Of a stretch of DNA of 64,000 nt, positions 53,001 to 64,000 are shown in pieces. The number at the start of each line of letters is the position of its first letter. Position 1 is the stretch's first letter. Below the pieces are notes generated by a model. The model had not been told where the DNA came from, made no database searches, and saw nothing but the letters and a program-made list of their open reading frames with translations. The translations under genes were made by a program, and so were the position numbers. This DNA comes from Balanoglossus misakiensis (lineage: Eukaryota; Animalia; Hemichordata): positions 3,440,014 to 3,504,013 of the forward strand of contig CM082597.2 in assembly GCA_040954595.2 (NCBI GenBank), read 5' to 3'.

Positions 53001-54554
53001 TGACAATTTGTTGGTACATGTATATATAAGTTCACTATAAGGTCACCCAGAGGACAAAAAGTAACCTGTTGCTTGCAGAGGTCAAACGTCTGAAGCGTAT
53101 GTTTTATATAAATCTTTTTGTCCGTTTATCGGTTCAATGATGCAATGCGCGCTACCCATGACTACACAGTACAGGCGACATCCTATAAACGTCACAGTTC
53201 TCATTTTTGTCGGACATATATTGTTTCCTCATCACAGAGGCCAACTTCAGATGCAAACATTAACCCTCTCACCATCTGGTGTGTCTCATGGTATAGTTAT
53301 ACCTCTACAGAGGGAGTGGGGGCGAAAGCGTTAATATCGGCCATACGAATAGTTGCAATAAGCGGTGGGTCACTATGGCTTAGTGTACAAAGCAATATAA
53401 ACACATTATCAACAGAAGCAAACACAGTAAATAGAAGATAATTTTTTGATATTATATGTTGATGGTACTGGTGACGTCACACTATTATTAAATACGATAA
53501 ATATCCGGTGTTTTGCCAAACTATTTTCAATTGCCATGAGTGGTCAAATGGCAGCAACGATGGTATCTATGGTCACCATCAATTAATGGACTTATCAAGG
53601 GCAACCAATACCTATCGTTGCGTTACAATAACAACTTTCGATTAGTTAATGAACAGGTCAGGGGCATGTTTTTATAATTCTGCAAATTAATGTGGCTGTC
53701 GTTGGTATGAAGAAGGAAAAAAGGCGCCGTATTTCCCGCGAGAATGGTGCCAAAGTATTCAACTCCGTGTGGGCCCGAGGATTCTGTATATGATGAAATT
53801 TCAAGATAATTGATATATAATGAAAACCATGGTGGGTGAGATTTACCCACAAACAACTTGAGTTTGTTGCCTCACAACAGAAAAGATTCTATCGAATATA
53901 TTTTATAACAGATGAGACGACCGTGCCTGTATACCTTTGAAACTGTCTAATTGAAGTTTTTGATCGAATCATATGGTAAAATTTGCTTGTAATAATATCG
54001 CTCATTGAAGTCGTTGAAATTCTGTAAACAACAGTGCTCTGGTGTCAGTGAGTTTTGGCTTTGTTATTACTTACTTTACGCGTCTATGGTATTGAAAGGC
54101 AGCGCTCGGTCAATTACTGCACGTAAAAAAGAAAAATGTCGAGTTAAGAAATTTGTATCAACGCTTGTAAACTGAGACTCGCATTCTCGCAATTTTACAC
54201 ACAATATAAGAAAACCTATAGCCGCAGGGCGAAAGATAATTTAATTTATCGCTTTCCTACTGTTTATAGCTGTGAATACAACTCGGTATTAGGACAATCG
54301 TTTTGTGGAAACGAGTGGTATGATTTTTCTTATCAGTTATTATTTGGAAATACTGCGTCTCTCATAATCTTTTCCCTCCATCTTGTATTTCCCCAGGGAA
54401 TCCATTAAGTGCTATTCTCGCGCCTGCCACCTAAAATGTATACGTTACTTTTAAATAGGAAAATATCCATTTCCCCCATATATAATAGCATGGGATTAGC
54501 AACACTATATTTGCACCTCAGTAAAGAAAATAATCACAATTTTTCCATTAATGT

Positions 54555-54712
54555 TTATAACTCATTTACAGGGCAGAACTATAATGAAGTTTTCTATTTT
54601 TTTCTAGATTTAGTTTACGTACACGTTTGAGAGATTTATTTTCACACAGGTCAGCAGGTCCGACAAATACGCCGAGATTGAGTCTATCTCGGTGTATTTC
54701 AACGAGTTATAA
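54555..54712. mobile_element. Short non-autonomous element with 12-bp inverted ends and a subterminal hairpin
   Basis: ttataactcatt ... aacgagttataa, with hairpin aaatacgccgagat/atctcggtgtattt at 54665-54699. Confidence 0.45.
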
Positions 54713-55248
54713 ATGTAGATTTAATGTATCATTTTTATTCTATTTATATATAATAATTTAAATTTGAACTATGGGCTGAAAAATGTTTTCAGTCACATTA
54801 GTTAAGTTAGTTTTCGCTAAGCCACTCATACTGTCGGTTTGAAATTTGATGCATGTAGTTCGATCGGTTTTCTTTGAGATATTGTGGTAATACAAGTAGT
54901 TTCGCATAAACCAACAGATGGACACCCATTGTGGCATGGCATTTGCTTAACATCAGATCCAAGCCCCTAGATTTTGTACCTATCGTTCGCAGAAATCTAG
55001 GAGAGACTAGCTTGAGCAGAGCAGGCTTTCCAGGTATTGACTGTCTTTCCCTTCTGCGCAGTTCATGTTGAGTGATGAATTCGGGTCGTTCCATATAATT
55101 ATTAGTGCGAGCCCACTCCGGGCTAGCAAAACAATCAAACTGCGAGCCGGTGGCTGTTGATATTATATTTCCTTTTTTTCTGCTCCTGTCGCAAAGTCAA
55201 CCTGTCATGGTTGTCGACTAATAATAATAAGTGAAGGCGGCCGGGGAA

Positions 55249-55353
55249 TCACGTGACCTGGCACTGATCAATAAATCACGTGGCAGAGCGGAAGCAAAGG
55301 GAATCAGACCGGTGCAAGGTGTGCCAGTCTTGCTCAGGGCATCGTCACGTGAC
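55249..55353. promoter_or_regulatory. Triple CACGTG E-box cluster including a perfect GTCACGTGAC
   Basis: TCACGTGAC at 55249-55257, TCACGTGG at 55276-55283, GTCACGTGAC at 55344-55353; GCGGAAG (ETS) between them. Confidence 0.6.
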
Positions 55354-55936
55354 ATGAGCTGATTCAGAATGACATTTAGGGAGCCGCGCCGAAAACGACA
55401 AAAAATTGATGTACGATTATCAGTGGAGTGACACTTCGCTCTCGAGTGTCGTGTTATTGCAGAGTCTCCTGTCCTTTAACTAAATTAAATCACTTGAATA
55501 TTCCTACAATCAAATTAACTCCCCATCAATTTATTCTCCCCATATGCGCCAGATGGTGCATATAAAGAGAATAATTATCTGCCGCCAATGAAATGGATAC
55601 CCCTGCCACGGATACCGATTATCTGCGTTTATGGAATATGATTAATTTTTTAAAGCTTTTAAATGGCGGCATATTGCAGCTGCTCTCCGTCGATTATATT
55701 AAAGCTGATGTCTAAGATGGAAAATCACTATAAATAAGTCAAGTATATGCTTCCTGTATTATTATTATTATCATCATCACTATAGGTACTTGCAAGTCTT
55801 TGAACAGGTTTTACCCGTACTAAAAGGCTGTGGTACGTTTGGAAAATTGCATCGATACAATATAAAGCTGTCTCCGGTACGTTTCATTACTCTTTTCGAT
55901 GATCCCGTTTTTATGACTTAATGAAGATATACTCAC

Positions 55937-55981
55937 CCGTATTTCATAGAATTTGTAAAATTCTCATCACCCGTCCTCAGC
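55937..55981 (-). other. Candidate 45-nt exon (or 3' part of a first exon)
   Basis: Acceptor taattttttcaag| and donor CGG|GTGAGT. X-box ~145 nt upstream. Confidence 0.35.
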
Positions 55982-56124
55982 CTTGAAAAAATTATAAACT
56001 ATACCACTCTAATGACTGGGATTAATCGATGTCATCATTCGCGAGTAGTCGCGTATAATCCTATCACAGAGCACCTGGCCTATATGAGCATCAGAAGGGG
56101 AGTCTTGTGGAAGCTTAGGCATCC

Positions 56125-56138
56125 GTTACCATGGAAAC
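56125..56138. promoter_or_regulatory. RFX X-box
   Basis: GTTACCATGGAAAC, a near-perfect palindromic consensus. Confidence 0.55.
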
Positions 56139-56481
56139 CACGGAGAAAATAATGGAGGTTGTTTCATTTCCCTCAGTGCCACTTATCCCTCGCATAAAAT
56201 ATTACCATATGACTTATTGATATTGCTTGTGATGGTGATTCAACAAATTACCAGAAAATCGTTAAGTATATACGCGCGTCGGGTGTCGTCTTTGTCGTTT
56301 CTTGAAAATGTCATGTCTCATTTTCTTCTTGCCACAGTGCTTCATACATTTAGGCATAAAATAATAACGCGTAATGAAAAAGGCAAGATTGCCTTGTTCT
56401 GAAAATGTGATATGCATGTTAATAATTTAAGATCATCTATGATAAAAATCGTCTTCATTCATTACGTGCAGCTGGAAATGG

Positions 56482-56612
56482 AATGATGATGATGATGAAG
56501 GGGTGGTGGTGGTAGTGCTGATAATGACGTCATCATCATCATCATACATCATCATTATCATTATCATCATCATCATCACCATCACCACTACCCCGCCATC
56601 ATCATCATCATC
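56482..56612. repeat. (GAT)n/(CAT)n trinucleotide repeats in opposite orientations
   Basis: Direct reading. Confidence 0.9.
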
Positions 56613-59167
56613 ACAACCACCAACAAAGAGCAAGACATCGTCCCGGAGCAACCAAACCATTATCATTCCTGACACATAGACACTCTAATGCTGAAACTGA
56701 TCTTCGCTCGCATGCGAATAATCAAGGATCAAACCCCAGCCTCTGCCGCTGACAGGAAACAATGAACCAAGTCAACAACCACAAAGTATCCGAACGCCCG
56801 TCTGAATCTCTTTCAGGTCAACCGTCGCTAATGCACAGGGAATACTCAACCTGTTGTACCATCAAGAATGGTTTTAAACTAAAAGGTTCACGGTATACTA
56901 CGTGACTCTGTTAGCGCATAACCACACACTCTCACGGCTAGACGCGGTGAACAAGTCTTTCCAGTCGAGACAACACGTTACTGTTTAATATTCTCTGACG
57001 CTATTTGCCTGATCCAAATTGCTTAACTATTATGCTTCGCAGTTTTTGTGTAAAATTCACGCTGGGAATTATTATTGGAAATTCGCAATTCTCATAAACC
57101 TACTGTGGCAAGAACGCTATAAGCTGGTGAAAAGTAGAAAATAATACCATGAGAGCTATGGACATTATGCATTCTGCAATTTCCATCTACTAGTTATTTT
57201 CTATTTCCTCGACACAATTCTCGCGATACCTGAAATAATTTTACGTCATGCTAGGGAGTCAAATGACAGGATTGTGGGTAAACAGTCGACAAATACCTTT
57301 CATGAAGATACATTTTTAATTTTTCGAGGGACTCGCGCATATATGTCATCCAAGTGGTTTTGACATATATGAATTTGTGACAAATTTCGCAATATGCAGA
57401 CGGTCCAGTAACTATGTTACCAGTGCATTACGACATATTCAGTGACCTAAGCGAGAAAGTACCCTGACCTCGTTCAGAAAACCCATAAAAATCCCGACTT
57501 CTCTTCAAACTACCTTTAGAAATATACAGAATACGATGGAAAGATCAGTCTCAATAAATCATTAATTCAGTCAGGTGTGACGTATGACTTGAAACAAGGC
57601 ACAAACTAGAATGTCTATTGTATCGGCGGGTAGATATGGGTGAAGACGCACAGAGCTAGATTTCATGCAAAATTCATCATGCAATTGACATGATTTCATG
57701 TCCTTTTCATCCATTATTGATTTTTCATCATATCTGTCTTTTACATTTCTGCAGTACTGCTGGAGGTAACGTGGGTGTATGATATTTGACGAGCCAGGAA
57801 CTGTTCCACTGGACTTATGAAGAGAAACTTCGTAATTCCTATCAATAAAATGCTCATTTCCATGTATAGACCTTTAAAATAGTAAACACATCTTGGCGAC
57901 ATTAAGTAACAAACTAGCAAACAAACAAACAAGCAAGCAAGCAAACAAACAATGACGATTTCTGCAGCTATTCATACCGCCATGCTGATGTAAACTACAA
58001 TTGTAACTTTGGAAAGAACTAAATATAGAATTGCGGCACTGTTTGACTGAACACAAAAACAATAAATGCGCTTGAATTGTCAAGATAGACATTGTATGTA
58101 GTTCGAGAAATAGTCAAAGTGTATAGGAATTGACAAAGAAATAAGGTCATGATTTGAAATCGCGCATCTGTTACAAGAGTAGCGTGAGCAAATATAATTA
58201 TATTTTAGAGCACTGTTTGCATTAACGCGCACTGACAATATGGATGACCAATTTATTGTTATTGAAATGCACTATCTAGCAGATGTTCACTGGTTTTTAT
58301 CATGCATAACCACATGGTGAGTTTACTCTAATTGTTTCCTGGTGATACTTTCAGCATTCTAAGTCAGAAATAATACATTAGAATAGCTGTAAAATGTTGT
58401 TAAACTAGCATAGTTTGTCCTGTGAAAACCTATATGGGTTTGCGGGTTACAGTTCTGTGTGACGAATCATCTAATTGTGTCGAAGCTCCCGTATGTCATC
58501 AACAACTATGCGGGGTTCCATTTCCCACAGATTCATATATTACTGACAGACTATCTACTGTGCAATATTTACGTCCATTCACTATACCTACACATTGTCT
58601 TTGATACACAAGATTCTGTATCTCAATGTATGCTAGTAAAAGGTCATTGAGAGCACGTGTCTAGCTGCAGGCAAACGCGAATCGCTGAGAGTCTGAACAA
58701 CAAGTTGTCACACAGAATAACGTATTCGATCCTCTCTCAAACATCGGCTCCACCAAACCGTGATTTATTGTAATCCCTCTATTACTTTCTAACTTTACAA
58801 TTGAATTTGCATATAAATTTACTACTTACAACCATTTTCGCGTAAACCGATTTCGAGGGCAGGAGACCAGCTTGCTTCATTCAATTGAGGTTTCATTTAC
58901 CGCAATCATCTCCTGTGATCTATTGTCCAACTCTCTCTTGTTTAATTTCAAAAGTCATTAAGAGATTTCTACTGAATACTGGAAAGCAATTAGTTTGACA
59001 TATAATATATATTACGCGAAATGTCAGATGTAATTGTCAATATTTGAATTACTAAAAATGGGGTATGTTTATTTGTAGTCACATATGTGCTGGTATATAG
59101 AGGGATCCATGGATGGATTGACGGAGGGCCGGATTGGCGTGCTAAAGGAAGGCACTCGGATAGACTG

Positions 59168-59310
59168 TCAGCCATCCATCCAGCCAACCAGACAGACAGA
59201 CAGACAGGCAGGCAGACAGGCAGGCAGGCAAAGAGGCGGGCAGGCAGGCACACAGACAGGTTGGCAGACAGGCACGAATCAACAATGGGACACGAATCTA
59301 CAATGGGACT
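59168..59310. repeat. (GACA/GGCA)n microsatellite followed by an 18-bp tandem pair
   Basis: cacgaatcaacaatggga and cacgaatctacaatggga. Confidence 0.85.
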
Positions 59311-60288
59311 AACATAAAAATTCATCATTGCGGAGATATCGAAATCTAATTCTTAGCAGTATCTCGTTGGAACTTAATACATTCATGGATGAGGGATTTT
59401 ATTTCAAATTATGTCATCAAAGTAGCCGCAACGGTCTCGTTATGATATCGCTTGTGCAACTTTTTTGGATTTATGATGACGTGTATCGACAAAGAATCCA
59501 TCATTCCCCGGATGAGGATTTGGAACCAGAAAGCCCGTGATTATAGATTTTCACAGACTGACATTGTGAATAATCCTACGAATATTTCCGAACATAGAAG
59601 ATTTTTGCTTTCGTGTTCGTTTACGTGTGTTTTTATGGGAAGGCTGTCAAAAGCCTGGCACACACACGTGGAGGTGGTGTGCATCAGAATAATTAGAGTT
59701 TCAGATAAACTGAATTCTGAATCAAGTTGTTGTTGGTATATGAGTTAATGTGTATGTCTGATTCTGACCATGCTGAACATAGACTTATCGAGTTACATGT
59801 GGTAATTTTGACCCACATTCAAATGACCATAACATGCGACCCCTCATTAGGGCTGTAACCTTTACACGCAGGTACCTGCTATGGGATTTGATTTGGAAGC
59901 TAGTGTTTCCAAGCAGAATGTTCATTCTGTTTGTACAAGAAGCACCGGGGAGACTTTATCCACGGCATCATTTCCATTGCTTTGGGCTAAACATGAGGAC
60001 ACGTCATTCATCCTTGTGATCATTTGAAGAAACGCACTATTTCCTGATTTAATAAGGACGGTAGAAACAATCATGATGATGAGTCCTGGCTTCGGGGTAC
60101 AACTACGGAAAATAGGTTAATTTGATGATCTCTGGGAGTTAATAGTCCTGCTGAGTGTACCTCGTAAAAACGAATTTGGTTTTATCTTAGTGATTCTATT
60201 GGTAGGTGAAGAGAACACGTGAACTCCCGGCCAGTGAGTGCTGTGATATCAAATGAAATCTATAGATGCCTTTCTGCTCACTACGAGA

Positions 60289-60298
60289 TCTCGCGAGA
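60289..60298. promoter_or_regulatory. CGCG element TCTCGCGAGA (BANP/ZBTB33-type motif)
   Basis: Perfect palindrome; related GAGATCTCGCA near 60440. Confidence 0.35.
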
Positions 60299-61559
60299 GT
60301 TGGTTAATTACCGTAGCAGCCAATTAATATGTCACATTTTTGTATGATACTATTAATCAATAGGTGCAGAGTTTGACAATTTTAACTTTTGTGTCGGTTG
60401 ACACCATGGATCATGTGTTGTTTGTCCTGTCTCACGCATGAGATCTCGCAGGGTCTCGAGGAGTTCGGGAAATGGTCTATTGTATGCCATTCCGCGCACG
60501 AATAAAATCAGTTTCCTGTGTCTAAAAGTACTGTAAGTACTCAGCTGTAACTCCCTATCGACCATTCATTCCGAGACGAGGACACCGTGTCTTTCTCGTC
60601 CCAACCTTTCAACAACACACTGACCCTAATGGCGACGAGTGATCGCAATTTCATCGCGATCTCGTTTTCCCCGCACGCAAGCGCCCAATTCATTTTAATT
60701 TACGACAATCTGGAGAACATGCCTGTCTCAATAAAAGATAAGAAATTGGAAAAGCAGTGCATTAGGAGGTGTTTACCATACGCAGGTATCCAGTGATGAA
60801 CACTGCATGGGGTAAAACGTGCTATTGACAATCTTGAATTGCCTCAATGCTGCGCGGTGATGGTTCTGGTTTTAACGACAGAGACTACCTGAAAAGACCC
60901 TTAAGTATTCTGAACTCCGCGAAGCTCTACGGTCGCAATAATTTTGGGACACGTGGGTTCGAAAGTGGGGTAATTGCATTGACCTAAATTAAAATCGTGA
61001 ACGATATGAATGGAGGTTGTCTTAACTTCGTCATTCCTCGGGCACGGAGAGACATTAACAAAATCTCCGTCGTACACGCAAGTGTCGATACCATCTCACT
61101 CCTTTTAAATGCATCCGGCACAATACATGTGAGTAGCAGCGTGACGTATACGTGTATTATTGAGGGCATACTGCCCGGAATCTAACCTCTAGGCTGTAAG
61201 TTCCAAACAAATTATTTCGCATTATTTCAAGAAATTTGAAGTATTCTGTCGGCGTACTAAAGGCGAACTAAGGTTACATAGTGACACTGCGTGAAAAATA
61301 GCAACAGCAATTTGACTTAATCAGGTCACTGTTTGGTTTTACACATACAATACTCGTACCTACAACATACTTGTTACCAACTATTTTACCACATATATGT
61401 GTAGAAATTGTATCGTCTAATTGCCTTGCATTTTGTGAATACTTGAAACACTTTCACAAAAACTAATTCTTCTATCTGAAGAATAATCCCATCCACGCGG
61501 GCAACCTGGGAGACTTCCTACTGGTTTGAAAAATTTTTTTTATGAAGACGCGATAATTT

Positions 61560-61990
61560 TTCTACTTTGAAACATATCTCCCGGGGCTTCCTTACCAAAG
61601 GCATGCAGAGAAGTAATTTCGATTCCATCCTTGCCGATCGCATGAAGAAGGTGAGATTAATTCTCACGGCACATGCGCAGCCGGGACCCCTTTTGAACCT
61701 TTTAATGAACTCGCTCTCTTTGTTCCCAGCACAGGCGAATCAGTTCAACCGCCGGAGTGTGCAGAGACGGTCTGTTGTTCGCCGACACGCGATGTCTTTA
61801 AGTTACCATTGTGAGGGGAGACTATCGGAATTGGGGCTTCATAGCGCGGGGCGCGAAGCATCGCATTTCCACCGGAAATGATTCGACCGTCTTCATGCCT
61901 CCGCGAGTGCAAAGCGACCAACCACTTTGAGCGTGTCTTCAATTTCAATCGCGCCATGGATACGACAGTGTTCCGGCAACGCGGTCTGAG
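61560..61990. promoter_or_regulatory. CpG-rich promoter-like patch
   Basis: NRF1-like GCACATGCGCA near 61669, ETS ACCGGAAAT near 61871, and splice-like signals on both strands. Confidence 0.35.
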
Positions 61991-64000
61991 GATACCGTTC
62001 TCATTTGTAATTTGGTAACTTTATGAGCTTAGCATTCAATTCATCTGATACATTGAAGAATTATCTTCAGATGTAGATCATTTGAAATGCTTTGTGTTGT
62101 TTTGATCGTCCAATGTAGGCTTCCGGTGCCTGTGTCACACATTCACGGATTCATCAGTGTCTGTCGAATAGAGTTATCGTGCTTTTTAGTTCAAATTTTA
62201 GTGAAATAAACGAACACTTTTGACAACGTAAAAAAGAGAAGAAAAACTCGTTTGTAATATCGCCCAATTTAAATAACATACAAATGGCAGCAGTTCACAT
62301 ATATTGATTTTATCTTCGGTGTTTTTTTTATGTTGCGAGATGACAGGTTAATGATCGACGATGCGTTCCAAGGTGTATTGCAAATAGACGACGTGACCGG
62401 AAGCCTTTTGACACACTCACACAAACAACACGATTGGGTTACAATATCAGCGAAATCACCGCGGGTACGTATACTTGACTGGCGGTGTGGCCGAGGTTAG
62501 ATTATGTGATTAATAAAAGGGTCAAACCAGAAAATGACTCAGATTCGCGGGAATTGTTAAAATTGTACATTGTTTGAATGTGACCATCCGGGCATTTCAT
62601 CATGTTTCATGAACTTGAACAATAGTAGTTATACTGTGTCGCATGGGTCCCATACCCGCAGCCGCAGACGGGACGACGCCCACTCTTTTAAAGTTTAAGT
62701 ACTGTAGTATAATTTGATGCCACAATTAAACAAGGGTCCGTGCGCACTCATACGAGGTAAGCATAGGCATCACTATTGCACTATAACATTAGGATCTTCA
62801 TGCAAGTGCCTGGTGGTTTTGTTTTACAGCGCAGTGAAGGGGTTAGTCCTGTATACTCTGTCGTGTTACGTTGAACAACGTCTACGGCCTGCCCCTGTAC
62901 GACTACCCCTAATGATCACTTGATCTGTGCTCCCCTTCCTGTAGTGAAGGCCACCAGGGAAATGGGGATAACCTTTTCGGGAACAATTTCTGTGGAATTA
63001 AAGCTGCACCAGGAAGCGTGGGAGGTGGACTGTTTTCTTGGTGTGAATTTCAGGATCTCACGTAACATATGCCGTAATTAGCCGGCTCGGACTGGAGAGG
63101 ACATTGGAACTCTTTTTAAAAATAATAGTTCGTGGGGCTCGGGCTAATTTCCTCGTCTGTGCGGTTTATCATCAATGCCGACGCAGCGCGCATGCATGTA
63201 TATACAGAGGACAGGTATCCAAGGCTCGTCCAGCGTTTGATACCATGCCCCCGGGCAACACGGCTCTAAGGATGTTATTACTGGGACTCCTGCACTTATT
63301 GCCCGGGGACAGCACAGCCATAATTATCTCCTTGTGTTACTGTATCTGCCCCGAAACCGTTCCTTTATGACCTAATGTGGCTAAGAACACAAGTAGCCTT
63401 CCATGAAACGATGATGATATTATATCCCCTTGGCAAAAGAATAAGACGTACCGTTCGAAGGGCTGGACAGAACCATCTTTGGGCATTTTCATTTCTCTCC
63501 AGCTCTCATCGCTTGTGCTTTCGATTCAAAGCATAACTTGAAGGTTTCGTCCGCTAAGAATCCTTTTGAGACCTTGATTGAGTTTTCCAGTGCGAATAAA
63601 CACCTGTGGTCAATTTAAGAAAGAGATGACAAGGTGATATTAAAATACATGAGTTATGATATGAAGGTGATACTAGTATTCATGTCCGAAAAAATAATTA
63701 AATTGCTTATTTACAGTGGGTGTGAAACCTTCAACCTCAATAGATTGCGAATAATATTTCTCCTGTTATATAGTCAATTCTCTCACAATACCCTTTGCAT
63801 CGGTAAAATGTCAGTTAAAAAAGATATATTTCTGATCTTTGCTCTTTCAATTTATAAGGTTATCAATATTATGAGATTGATTATTCATTTTAATCTTCTT
63901 ATACGATCAGCATTCACCCTTGTGCTCCTATGTCACCCTGGGCAATGAAGATAATTAACATCTCTGAACAACATTGTCATCCAGGGAATCCGAGGCCAAT

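Noticed and set aside
56433-56675. Poly-Asp/Met/His ORF
   Set aside because: Translation of (CAT)n/(GAT)n repeats
62478-62505. tRNA/SINE A-box-like GGCGGTGTGGCCGAGG
   Set aside because: No B-box or cloverleaf follows
1-64000. The listed six-frame ORFs as stand-alone protein-coding genes
   Set aside because: They are short, many start at TTG/GTG, have random composition or come from microsatellites (HTYI, YVCM, SVCL), and show no recognisable intact domain

Overview
Eukaryotic (animal) genomic DNA, AT-rich, with no long ORF: the longest six-frame ORF is 183 aa and is not protein-like. There are no prokaryotic operons, CRISPR arrays, rRNA or intact tRNA. The repeat style (TACA/GACA/AACT microsatellites, TTAA-flanked MITEs, AAAATGGCCGCC MITEs, excess TACATGTA) suggests a marine invertebrate, possibly a hemichordate-like deuterostome; this is inference only. 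The best reading is the 5' or intronic territory of one large minus-strand gene whose main coding exons lie left of base 1. Several CpG-rich promoter-like patches carry RFX X-boxes, a triple CACGTG E-box cluster, N-box/POU/CCAAT, TATA or NRF1-like motifs. Many are followed on the minus strand by consensus splice donors, and a few clean internal exons exist (9889-9948, 50914-51021, 48970-49174, 49455-49931). Also present are decayed mobile-element relics (LINE 3' end at ~42.4-43.0 kb, a decayed minus-strand coding tract at ~43.4-47.3 kb, a possible Mutator-like fragment at 36.7 kb), foldbacks/MITEs and a 149-bp tandem duplication. I cannot name the gene and see no demonstrable new biological system. 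The strongest leads are the multi-promoter, uORF-rich 5' architecture and the TA-NNNN-TA footprint signature. All exon and motif calls were made by eye.
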